Positions 37,814-47,000 of a DNA stretch of 64,000 nt are shown piece after piece. The notes beneath the pieces were generated by a model that worked only from the letters and a program-made list of their open reading frames with translations, did no database searches and was not told the DNA's origin. A program made the position numbers and the translations under genes. Source of the DNA: an uncultured Verrucomicrobiota bacterium (GTDB lineage: Bacteria; Verrucomicrobiota; Verrucomicrobiia; Limisphaerales; UBA8199); NCBI GenBank assembly GCA_964653485.1, contig CAZZFF010000008.1:6557-70556 (forward strand), given 5' to 3'. Numbering within the stretch: position 1 is the first letter of the stretch; each line of letters starts with the position of its first letter.

Positions 37814-39727
37814 TTACCGCTGGCTCGCGCGTTTGAGCCAAACCATTAGGATGCTGATGTCTGCCGGGGAAACGCCGGAGATGCGGGATGCCTGGCCGAG
37901 GGTGGCGGGGCGGATGTTGATGAACTTCTGGCGGGCCTCGTTGCGGAGGCTGGGGACTGACGTGTAGTCGAAGGCCGGCGGGATGTGTTTGTCCTCGATG
38001 TTTCTGAACTTGGCGACTTCGTTTTCCTGGCGTGAGATATAGCCGGCGTATTTGATGGCAATCTCGACCTGGCGGGCAACTTCCTCGGTCAGGTCGGGGG
38101 CGGGGTTGGGCAGGCGGCTGTAGTCCAACTCTGGGCGGCGGAGGAGTTGGGCCAGGGTTTCAGAGTTACAGCGTGTGGTCTCCAGGCGGAGGATTTCGGC
38201 GTCGATTCGTTCCTGCTTTTCGCGGACGAGGCGGGCCTTGTGGGCGGGAAGGAGGCCGATTGCGTGGCCGATAGCGGAGAGGCGCAAGTCGGCGTTATCC
38301 TGGCGCAGGAGCAGGCGATACTCGGCACGGGAGGTGAACATGCGGTAAGGCTCGATGGTGCCCTTGGTGACGAGGTCATCGATGAGGACGCCGATGTAGG
38401 CCTGGTCACGGCGGAGGGTTAGAGGCTCAAGGTCTTTGGCGCGTCGGGCGGCATTGATGCCGGCCATGAGTCCCTGGGCGGCGGCTTCTTCGTAGCCGGA
38501 GGTGCCGTTGATTTGGCCGGCGAGGAACAGGTTGCGGCAGGTTTTGGTCTCGAGGGAGGAATGGAGTTGGGTCGGGTAGGCGAAGTCGTATTCGACGGCG
38601 TAGGCGGGGCGGAGGATTTCGGCGTTCTCGCAGCCGATGATGGTTTTCACCATCGCGACTTGAATCTCGAAGGGGAGGGAGGTTGAGAAGCCGTTGACGT
38701 AGATTTCGTCGGTGGCGATGCCTTCCGGTTCGAGGAACAACTGTTGACGTTCCTTTTCGGGGAATTTGACGATTTTGTCTTCGATGGAGGGGCAATAGCG
38801 GGGGCCGATTCCTTGGATTATGCCGGAATAAAGCGGAGACTTGTCGAGGTTGCCGCGTATGATGCGGGCGGTGGCCTGGGTGGTGTAGGTGATGTAACAG
38901 GGGAGTTGGCCGTTGATGGCGGCGAGGATGGAGCCTGGGGGATAAACGGTAGAGGGGGTTGCGGAGTGTTCCACGTGGAACAAACCGGGTCGTGGTTTGG
39001 CGCATTGTTCCACGTGGAACAATTCGTCTTTCCAGTGGGTGAAGTATGGGACCGGCTCGTCTCCGGGCTGAATCTCGGTTTTGGAAAAGTCAATGGAGCG
39101 TCTGAGGAGGCGGGGTGGGGTGCCGGTCTTCAGGCGGCCCAACTCCAACCCGACCTCGATCAGGGAGGCCGATAGGCCGGTTGCGGCGGCCTCCCCGGCC
39201 CGCCCCCCGGACTGACGGTTCAGGCCGATGTGCATCAGGCCCTTTAGGAACGTGCCGGTCGTGACGATCACTGTCTTGCCCAGGTATTGAACTTCGAGCG
39301 CGGTCTCCACGCCATAGACAGTCCCGTCCCGGTGGAGCAGTTTGACGCATTGGGCCTGCCGGAGGTCGAGGTTGGGCTCGCGTTCACAGACCCACTTCAA
39401 CCTGAACTGGTATGCCTTCTTGTCGCATTGGGCCCGGGGAGCCCAGACGGCCGGCCCCTTACGGGTGTTCAGCATCCGAAACTGAAGCCCGGTCAGGTCC
39501 GTCGCGAAGCCCATTTCCCCGCCGAGGGCGTCTATTTCCCGCGCCAGATGGCCTTTGCCCAGCCCGCCGATGGCAGGATTGCAGGACATTTGGCCGATGG
39601 TATCCGCGTTGATGGTTAGCAGAAGGGTCTGGCAACCCATGCGCGCCGCCGCAAGCGCCGCTTCGATGCCGGCATGGCCCGCACCCAGGACGATGACATC
39701 ATACTTTTTCGGGAAGACGAACTCCAT
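37814..39727 (-). CDS. mnmG: tRNA uridine 5-carboxymethylaminomethyl modification enzyme MnmG (GidA)
   Basis: YDVIVLGAGHAGIEAA FAD motif, GPRYCPSIEDK, and GQINGTSGYEEAAAQG; 637 aa. It carries the parS pair in an apparently extended loop. Confidence 0.96.
   Translation of the reverse strand: MEFVFPKKYDVIVLGAGHAGIEAALAAARMGCQTLLLTINADTIGQMSCNPAIGGLGKGHLAREIDALGGEMGFATDLTGLQFRMLNTRKGPAVWAPRAQCDKKAYQFRLKWVCEREPNLDLRQAQCVKLLHRDGTVYGVETALEVQYLGKTVIVTTGTFLKGLMHIGLNRQSGGRAGEAAATGLSASLIEVGLELGRLKTGTPPRLLRRSIDFSKTEIQPGDEPVPYFTHWKDELFHVEQCAKPRPGLFHVEHSATPSTVYPPGSILAAINGQLPCYITYTTQATARIIRGNLDKSPLYSGIIQGIGPRYCPSIEDKIVKFPEKERQQLFLEPEGIATDEIYVNGFSTSLPFEIQVAMVKTIIGCENAEILRPAYAVEYDFAYPTQLHSSLETKTCRNLFLAGQINGTSGYEEAAAQGLMAGINAARRAKDLEPLTLRRDQAYIGVLIDDLVTKGTIEPYRMFTSRAEYRLLLRQDNADLRLSAIGHAIGLLPAHKARLVREKQERIDAEILRLETTRCNSETLAQLLRRPELDYSRLPNPAPDLTEEVARQVEIAIKYAGYISRQENEVAKFRNIEDKHIPPAFDYTSVPSLRNEARQKFINIRPATLGQASRISGVSPADISILMVWLKRASQR
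38967..38982. other. parS site (perfect palindrome TGTTCCACGTGGAACA), copy 1
   Basis: Exact 16-bp palindrome matching the GC-rich form of the ParB-binding consensus. It lies inside mnmG and encodes LFHVEH. Confidence 0.8.
39006..39021. other. parS site (perfect palindrome TGTTCCACGTGGAACA), copy 2
   Basis: Identical 16-mer 39 bp from copy 1. It lies inside mnmG and encodes LFHVEQ. Confidence 0.8.
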
Positions 39728-39741
39728 TCGGGGTTGGAGAT

Positions 39742-41340
39742 TTATTCGTGCGTGATGCGGTATTGGGCCTTGAATCGGGAGGGTCCTGCGGTCTTGCGGA
39801 GGCCACGGTCGGGGTTCGCCGAGAGGTGCTCGCAGATTTTGAAGATGGCCTCCGCCTCATCGTTAAGCCCGACCGCTGAGGCGATTTGATCCACGGTGGC
39901 GCCGCCGGGAACGCCGCGGAGGTAGTGGAGGACTGTTTTCTGGAGGTCGAGGATTCCCTGAGCGGCCTTCTTGCCTGCCTGCACTCCAGGCTGGTGATAG
40001 GCGTTCACGTTAATCAGTGAGGCATAGAAGCCAACCGCGCGTTCAAACAGGGCAATGAGCACTCCGACGTGAAACGGGGAGACATCGCGGATCGTTAACG
40101 TTACAGACTCTCTCCCGCTGTCAAAGAGGGCCGTTCTCGTGCCCAGCAACAACCCGCTGAGGTAATCGCCGGACGTTGCATTTTCGTCGACCATCACCTC
40201 CGGTTTCTTCCGGTCCCGAAGGACTTCGACGAACGTAACGAAGAAATTGTCCAGGCCGTCTCTAAGTTGCTGAACGTAGGAGTGCTGGTCGGTGGAGCCT
40301 TTGTTGCCGAGCACGGTGATGCCTTGGTGGACGACCTTCTTATCGAGGTCGAGGCATTTGCCCAAGGATTCCATGATCAACTGCTGAAGGTATTTGGAAA
40401 GGAGGTCCAACCGGTCTTTATAGGGCAAAATGACCATGTTTTTGCTTCCTTTACCGTTACCGGCGTGATACCACATCAAAGCCAAGAGAGCGGATGGGTT
40501 GGTTTGGGCATTCGTGGACCGTGTCGCCTCGTCGCAAGACTTGGCCCCTGCCAGAAGCCCGTCAATGTCAAACCCTTGCAAGGCGGCGGGCAGGAGTCCG
40601 ACGGCCGAGAGTTCACTGGTTCTTCCGCCGACCCAGTCCCACATTGGGAAACGGCGCAGCCATTTGCGGTCAATCGCATATTGGTCGAGCAGGCTTTTTT
40701 CCATTGTGACGGCGACGGCGTGGGCGGGGAACGCGAGGCCGGCCCGGGAGAAGGCGGCTTCGGCCTCGATCATTCCGTTTCGCGTTTCCGGGGTGGAGCC
40801 TGACTTGGAGACGACCAACACGAGGGTCTGCCCCAGGCCGGGGCCGATTTGAGCGAGGACCCGGTCGATCCCGTCCGGGTCGGTATTGTCGAAGGAGAAC
40901 AGGGTGAGTTTGTCTTCGCCTGGGCGCCCGAGGGCGCTCGCGACGAACTGCGGGCCGAGGGCGGAACCGCCAATTCCAATGAGGAGGAGGTTTTTGAACG
41001 GCCCGTTGGAGCCTTTCACGGAGCCGCTGTGAACCTGGGCCGCGAAGTCTTTGATTGCGGCCAGGGTGCGCTCGATTTCGTCTCGAATCGCAGCGGTGGG
41101 CGCGAGGGGCGGGTTGCGCAGCCAATAGTGGCCGACCATTCGATGCTCGTCAGGGTTGGCCTCGTCGCCCTTCTCGAGCTTGGCCATCGAGGCGAATGCC
41201 TGCGCCATCCGGGGCTGCATGGAGGAAAAGTAATCCTCGGGGAAATCCATGCGGCTCAGGTCCACAGCCAGGCCGAGTTCGGGATATTCAGGGCAGTATT
41301 GCTGAAACCGGTGCCAGAGTTGCGACTTAGAGTATTTCAT
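39742..41340 (-). CDS. pgi: Glucose-6-phosphate isomerase
   Basis: ATG at 41340 ([15 protein letters not shown]..). Blocks [24 protein letters not shown] and [17 protein letters not shown] are typical of PGI. Its stop is 14 nt upstream of the mnmG start. Confidence 0.92.
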   Translation of the reverse strand: MKYSKSQLWHRFQQYCPEYPELGLAVDLSRMDFPEDYFSSMQPRMAQAFASMAKLEKGDEANPDEHRMVGHYWLRNPPLAPTAAIRDEIERTLAAIKDFAAQVHSGSVKGSNGPFKNLLLIGIGGSALGPQFVASALGRPGEDKLTLFSFDNTDPDGIDRVLAQIGPGLGQTLVLVVSKSGSTPETRNGMIEAEAAFSRAGLAFPAHAVAVTMEKSLLDQYAIDRKWLRRFPMWDWVGGRTSELSAVGLLPAALQGFDIDGLLAGAKSCDEATRSTNAQTNPSALLALMWYHAGNGKGSKNMVILPYKDRLDLLSKYLQQLIMESLGKCLDLDKKVVHQGITVLGNKGSTDQHSYVQQLRDGLDNFFVTFVEVLRDRKKPEVMVDENATSGDYLSGLLLGTRTALFDSGRESVTLTIRDVSPFHVGVLIALFERAVGFYASLINVNAYHQPGVQAGKKAAQGILDLQKTVLHYLRGVPGGATVDQIASAVGLNDEAEAIFKICEHLSANPDRGLRKTAGPSRFKAQYRITHE

Positions 41341-41459
41341 AAAAGCGGAAGTAACTGTAACCCAATGCCAACGCGCCGCAATTGCAGAATATCGAGCGCG
41401 GGTTGCGGGACAGGGCTGCTCTGAGCTCGGGTTACCGGGGAGCACAAGCGCGCAGCCCT

Positions 41460-41491
41460 GAAATCCGAAATCCGAAATCCGAAATCCGAAA
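41460..41491. repeat. Heptanucleotide tandem repeat (GAAATCC) x4.5
   Basis: Four exact GAAATCC units plus GAAA in the pgi/ackA divergent intergenic region, immediately 3-prime of a 9-bp-stem hairpin (CAGGGCTGC..GCAGCCCTG, 41411-41460). Confidence 0.9.
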
Positions 41492-41774
41492 GCAGATGGT
41501 TGGCTGGGCTGCTCCAGTGCTGTGTGTTCGTGACGGCTCCTTAGCAGCGCTCTGCCGAGAGGCCGCTACGTTGGCGTTGGCTGCGCGGGGGATAATCGCC
41601 GTGGCCTGCCTGATACCTGAACAGTTACGTTTTGGATTGGGAATTGGTTATTGAGAAGTGGTTATTGGCACGTGAAGAAGTGTTGCTAATCTATTGACTT
41701 CGTTCTGGCAGAGGCTTATTCAGGGGACGGCGTGCCGCGGCGTGTGCGGCGGGCGTTGGAATTTCAACCCAAGC

Positions 41775-42974
41775 ATGAGCATCCTGGCGATCAATAGCGG
41801 GTCGAGCAGCCTGAAATTCGGGCTATTCGATGCCGGGGCTTGCGAGTTGCTCCTGGCGGGCGATATCGACTGGGCCCACGGGGACCGGGAGCGGGCGCAA
41901 CTGACCCTGCGGCCCCGGAACGGCCATCGCGCGAGTTCCGTGGTGTCGGTCCCGGACGATTTCGCGGCGGCCGAGCGCGCGGTGAGCGCGGTGCTCGGCT
42001 CAATTGCCGCCGGGGCGAAGGGGTTTTCGAGCATCACGCTGGCGGGCCACCGGGTGGTTCACGGAGGAGCGGAGTTTCGCGAGAGTGTGTTGATCGATGC
42101 GAGGGTGAAGGCGGCGATCGCGGGTCTGAGCCCGTTGGCCCCGCTGCACAACCCGCCCGCGCTGAAGGCGATCGAAGCGGTGGAATCGTTGCTGCCCGGG
42201 GTGCCGCAGGTGGCGGTTTTCGACACGGCGTTTTTCGCGGAGCTGCCGCCCAAGGCATATCTTTACCCACTTCCTTATGAGTATTATAAGTTGTGGGGCA
42301 TCCGGCGGTTTGGGTTCCATGGCCTGAGCCACGCTTATTGCGCCGTCCGGGCTTCCGAACTGCTGGGGCAAGGTGTTTCGGGGCCGCGTTTGATCAGTTG
42401 CCACCTGGGAGGGGGTTGTTCAGCCGCGGCGATTCGGGGAGGGGTCGCGGTCGCGACGACCACCGGGTTTAGCCCTTTGGAGGGTCTGATGATGGCGACG
42501 CGTTCCGGCTCGCTGGACCCGGGCATCCTCATCCATCTCCAGCGGGATCATGGCCTGAGGCTCGATGAAATTGACGATGCGCTGAACCGGTCTTCGGGGC
42601 TGTTGGGCATCTCGGGGGTGTCGTCTGACCTGGGGCACATTGAAGCCGCCGCGGCGCAGGGGAATCCGCGGGCTGGCCTGGCCTTCGACATGTTCGCCGA
42701 CCGGGTCCGCTCGGCCATCGGCGCCATGGCGGCAAGTCTTGGGGGGGTGGACGCGCTGGTTTTCACCGATCGAGTGGGGGAGGGTTCGCCGGCGCTGCGA
42801 GCCGCCGCGTGCGAGGGTCTCGAGTTCATGGGGCTACGCCTTGACAAGGAGCGCAATGCGAAGCTGGAGGCCGATGCCGATATTGCCCGGGACGATTCGC
42901 CGGCGCGCATCTTTGTCATCCATACCCGTGAGGAACTTATGGTCGCCCGTGAGGCTCGCCGGGTGGCGAAATAG
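41775..42974 (+). CDS. ackA: Acetate kinase
   Basis: MSILAINSGSSSLKFGLFD.., HRVVHGG, PLHNPPAL, FDTAFF, RRFGFHGLSH, EGLMMATRSGSLDPG canonical AckA blocks. ATG at 41775. Confidence 0.95.
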   Translation: MSILAINSGSSSLKFGLFDAGACELLLAGDIDWAHGDRERAQLTLRPRNGHRASSVVSVPDDFAAAERAVSAVLGSIAAGAKGFSSITLAGHRVVHGGAEFRESVLIDARVKAAIAGLSPLAPLHNPPALKAIEAVESLLPGVPQVAVFDTAFFAELPPKAYLYPLPYEYYKLWGIRRFGFHGLSHAYCAVRASELLGQGVSGPRLISCHLGGGCSAAAIRGGVAVATTTGFSPLEGLMMATRSGSLDPGILIHLQRDHGLRLDEIDDALNRSSGLLGISGVSSDLGHIEAAAAQGNPRAGLAFDMFADRVRSAIGAMAASLGGVDALVFTDRVGEGSPALRAAACEGLEFMGLRLDKERNAKLEADADIARDDSPARIFVIHTREELMVAREARRVAK

Positions 42975-43001
42975 CCAATAGCCAATAGACGATAGCCAAT
43001 A
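42971..43001. repeat. Heptanucleotide tandem repeat (ATAGCCA ATAGCCA ATAGACG ATAGCCA ATA)
   Basis: It begins inside the ackA stop codon (TAG at 42972-74) and is flanked by two copies of the ackA 3-prime coding end. Confidence 0.85.
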
Positions 43002-43039
43002 AGGAACTTATGGTCGCCCGTGAAGCATCGCCGGGTGGC
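43002..43039 (+). repeat. Duplicate of the ackA 3-prime terminus (copy 2 of 42931-42967)
   Basis: AGGAACTTATGGTCGCCCGTGA is identical in both copies, followed by near-identical ..CGCCGGGTGGC. Copy 2 would encode ELMVAREASPGGW. Confidence 0.85.
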
Positions 43040-43289
43040 TGGGTGAGCACAGGCGCCGGGGTCTGGAGGGTGTCGGCCTTCATTGGAAGATCATAGGCCG
43101 GTACCAGCCCAGGTGTGAATGCAGCTTACGGTTTCAGCCGCAGCAAAGGCTTGAGGCTCCGGAAAAGGGGCAGGTTGTGATGGGTTCTTTTTATCGCCTT
43201 TATGCTTGCAAATCAGGTCCGATTCTCTAGAGTCGCGCTGTTCCCAGAACGGAGTCTGCGCTCAAGAGCTGCTTCGTTGGAGAATCTGG

Positions 43290-44051
43290 ATGGCAATGAC
43301 GAACGCACAGGACAGCGCAACGACTGCGGCGGGGCAGGCTGCGTGGTTCACCACCACGCACTGGAGCATCGTCCTCAACGCCCAGAATCCCGCGTCACCC
43401 CAGGCCAGCGAAGCCTTGGAGAAGCTGTGCTGCTCTTACTGGTATCCTCTCTACGCCTTTGTGCGGCGGCAGGGCAACGACGAGTATACGGCGAAAGACC
43501 TGACTCAAGCCTTCTTCGCCCGGCTGCTGGAAAAGAACCGCCTCTTTCAAGCCGACCGCCAGCGCGGCAAGTTTCGATCTTTTCTCCTGGGGGCGCTCAA
43601 GCACTTCCTGGCCGATGAATGGGACAAGACCCAGGCCTGGAAGCGTGGCGGCGGCCGGATCATTTTGTCCCTTGACGATCAAGCGGCGGAGGACCGCTAC
43701 CACCTGGAGCCGACGGACGAGATGACTCCGGACAGAGTGTTCGACCGGCGCTGGGCGATGACGACGCTGGACCAGGCCGCCAACCGGCTCCGCAAGGAAT
43801 ACCAGGATACGGGCAAAGGGGCCCTGTTTGACCAGTTGCAGGAGTTCCTGTCCGGCGCTCTGGAAGGTGTCGGCTACGCTGCCGCGGCCGCCCGGCTCGG
43901 CATGACCGAGAACACCCTTAAGTCCTACGTCCGCCGCCTGCGACTGCGCAACCGTGAAATTCTCCGGGAAGTGATAGCGGATACAGTGGCGTCGCCGAGC
44001 CAAATTGATGAGGAATTGCGCGACCTGTTCGCGGCTGTGGCGGCGGCATGA
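43290..44051 (+). CDS. ECF-type RNA polymerase sigma factor (PVC-type, extended)
   Basis: ATG at 43290. WFTTTHWSIVLNA.., CCSYWYPLYAFVRRQG..AKDLTQAFFARLLE (region 2) and C-terminal ARLGMTENTLKSYVRRLRLRNREIL (region 4 HTH). No anti-sigma gene follows; a kinase does. Confidence 0.85.
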   Translation: MAMTNAQDSATTAAGQAAWFTTTHWSIVLNAQNPASPQASEALEKLCCSYWYPLYAFVRRQGNDEYTAKDLTQAFFARLLEKNRLFQADRQRGKFRSFLLGALKHFLADEWDKTQAWKRGGGRIILSLDDQAAEDRYHLEPTDEMTPDRVFDRRWAMTTLDQAANRLRKEYQDTGKGALFDQLQEFLSGALEGVGYAAAAARLGMTENTLKSYVRRLRLRNREILREVIADTVASPSQIDEELRDLFAAVAAA

Positions 44052-44094
44052 TCTTCTTTGCAACTCTGCGCCGGCGTTTCCTCAGTAGGCTAGC

Positions 44095-47000
44095 ATGACG
44101 AACGAACGAAAATGTCCCGACTGTGGCGGTCCCATTCCAGCGGGGGTGCCCGCAGGCTTTTGCCCGCGCTGCGAGATGGCCGGGGCCATCGAGCTAACGA
44201 GGCCCAGCGAGGCTGGGCCCTTTCCGGGCCGGACGCTGCGGTATTTTGGCGACTACGAACTGCTCGAGGAAATCGCCCGGGGCGGCATGGGGGTGGTGTA
44301 TAGGGCCCGGCAGGTCAGCCTGAACCGGATCGTGGCCGTCAAAATGATCCTCGACGGACGGTTAGCGGCGGCCGCGGAGGTCGGGCGCTTTCGCGCCGAG
44401 GCGCGCACCGCCGCCAGCCTGCAACACCCCAACATCGTGCCGATTTACGAGGTTGGCGACCAGGACGGGCAGAACTATTTCTCCATGGAGTTCGTGGACG
44501 GAGCGAACCTGGCCCAAGTCGTGCGGGAGAATCCCCTCCCCGCCGCCCGCGCTGCCGGTTACGTGCGAATCATCGCCGAGGCCATTCAGTATGCGCACGA
44601 GCGCGGGGTGCTGCACCGCGATCTCAAACCCTCCAACGTGCTCATTGATCCCTTCGATCAGCCGCGCGTCACCGATTTCGGGCTGGCCAAGAGCCTCGGC
44701 CGAGACTCGGAGTTGACGCAGACCGGCCAGGTCCTGGGGGCGCCCAGCTTCGTCCCGCCCGAGCAAGCGGCCGGCCGGAAGGAAGACGTGGGGCCGCACA
44801 GCGACGTGTATGCGCTGGGCGCCATTCTCTACCATCTGCTGACCGGACGCCCGCCCTTCGCCGCGGAAACTCTGGCGGCCACCCTCGCCCAGGTGCTCAA
44901 CAAGGAGCCGGTCGCCCCGCGCTCGCTCAACGCCACCATCCCCCGCGACCTGGAGACCATCTGCCTGAAGTGCCTGGAGAAAGACCCGCACCGCCGTTAC
45001 CCCACAGCAACGGAACTGGCGGAGGAACTGGGGCGATTCCAGCGCGGCGAGCCGATCCAGGCCCGCCCGGCCGGGCAGGTGGAGAGGGTCTGGCGTTGGT
45101 GCCGCCGGAATCCCGCGCTGGCCGGTTCGTTGGCCACTGCGGTGCTGCTGCTGTTTGCGGGGGTCGTTGCGAGCACCTTGGAGACGCGGCGCGCCAGGAC
45201 GGCGGAGCGTGACCAAACGGTTCTGCGCCAGCGCGCGGAGGTGGCCCTGACTCAACTGGAGCTGCAGCACGCCGAGGCTTTGTTCGCGGCCGGTGATGCA
45301 CCTCGCGCCGTTGCCCATCTTGCCAGTGTGCTGGCCAGTGGCCGCTCGAATCGGGTGGCGGCTGAACGATTGTTGTCGGCATTAACCTCTCGCAGCTTAC
45401 CTCTGCCCTTGGTCGATCTAATCGGGCATGAAGATGGAATCAACTCTGCCAAGTTCAGCCCGGACGGGCTCCGCGTGATTACCGCATCGGAGGACAAGAC
45501 GGCGCGGGTGTGGGATGCAAGGACCGGCAAGCCGCTGATCGAGCCGCTCCGGCATGAGGGATCGGTCGCGTCGGCCGAGTTCAGCCCGGATGGGCTGCGC
45601 GTGGCTACCGCATCCGACGACGATACGGCGCGGGTGTGGGATGCACAGACCGGCAAGCCGCTCACCGAGCCGCTCCGGCATGAGGCCATGGTTTCTTCTG
45701 CCCGTTTCAGCCCGGATGGGCTCCGGGTGCTCACGGCTTGCGCGAAGACCGCGCAAATATGGGACGCCCAGACCGGCAAGTTGGTCACGGAGCCGCTCCA
45801 CCACGACGCGGACGTCGTCTGTGCGCAATTCAGTCCGGACGGGCTCCGGGTAGTTACGGCCTGCGGCTCGCTGGACCAGTGGTTTGACGGATATGCCCGG
45901 GTCTGGGATGCGCAGACCGGCAAACCGGTCACCGAACCGCTCCGGCACGGGGGACCTCTCCTCTCTGCCCAATTCAGTCCGGACGGGCTCCGGGTAGTTA
46001 CGGCCTGCGGCTTACCCGACCGAGGGTATGACGGATATGCCCGGGTGTGGGATGCACGGACCGGTAAGCCACTCACCGAACCGCTCCGGCACGAGGGACC
46101 GGTCGCGTCGGCCGAGTTCAGCCCGGATGGGCTGCGAGTGCTGACTGCTTCTCCGGATGGAACGGCGCGGCTGTGGGATGCCCAGACCGGCAAACCGCTC
46201 GCCGAGCCGCTCAAAGACGAGACGCCGCTTGCCTCGGCCCACTTCAGCCAGGATGGGCTCCGAGTGCTTACGAGCTGCCTCATCCTAGGGACGCTACGGG
46301 TGTGGGATGCACGGACCGGCAAACCGCTCACCGAACCGCTCTCGAATGCACGTTACGAGGAAGATCATCCATCAAACAGCATGGATTGTTTGAGCTACAG
46401 CTCAGCCCAGTTCAGCCCCGATGGCCTGCGGGTGGTCACGTTCTTCGACAGCGCGGCGAGGGTTTGGGACGTGGGGACAGGAGAGTCGCTCACCGAGACG
46501 GTTCGGCATGGAGAGGACATCAAGTCTTCTCAGTTGAGCCCGGATGGTCTGCGGGTGCTCACGGTTTCCAGCGAGACGGCGCGGGTGTGGGATGCCCAGA
46601 CCGGCAAACCGCTGACGGAACCGCTCCGTCATGCACAGGGGCCTGCATCTGCCCGTTTCAGCCCGGATGGGCTGCGGGTCATTACGGTTTCCATCGCCGG
46701 GACCCTGCGGGCGTGGGATGCCCAGACCGGCAATGCGCTCACCGAGCCGCCTCGGCCTGAAACCGAGGTTCCCTTAGCGCTCCAGCTTCTAAGGGATCCT
46801 CCGGATCTCCTCAGCCCGGGTCGGGCGCGCGTGCTGGCCAGTCCGGATGGGTTGCGGGTGCTGACCGTATCCTCCAACCTCACGCGGGTGTGGGAAATGA
46901 GTTTTGGCCCAACGCCTGTGCCCCCGTGGCTGCCGGAACTGGCGGTGAGCGCGGTGGGCAAGAGGCTCACCGGAGCTGCCGTCCCTCAGCGGGTCCCGGC

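Noticed and set aside
41666-41686. Sigma-54-like TGGCACG ... TTGC upstream of ackA.
   Set aside because: The GG and GC dinucleotides are 18 nt apart instead of the required 12, so it does not fit the -24/-12 geometry.
41460-43001. Possible CRISPR-like arrays suggested by the tandem short repeats (GAAATCC and ATAGCCA arrays).
   Set aside because: The units are 7 nt with no spacers, the arrays span about 30 bp, and no cas genes are present. These are microsatellites, not CRISPR.
43230-43290. ECF-type autoregulatory promoter (GAAC ... CGTT) upstream of the sigma gene.
   Set aside because: The GAAC and CGTT words are about 24 nt apart, well outside the 16-17 nt spacing typical of ECF promoters.
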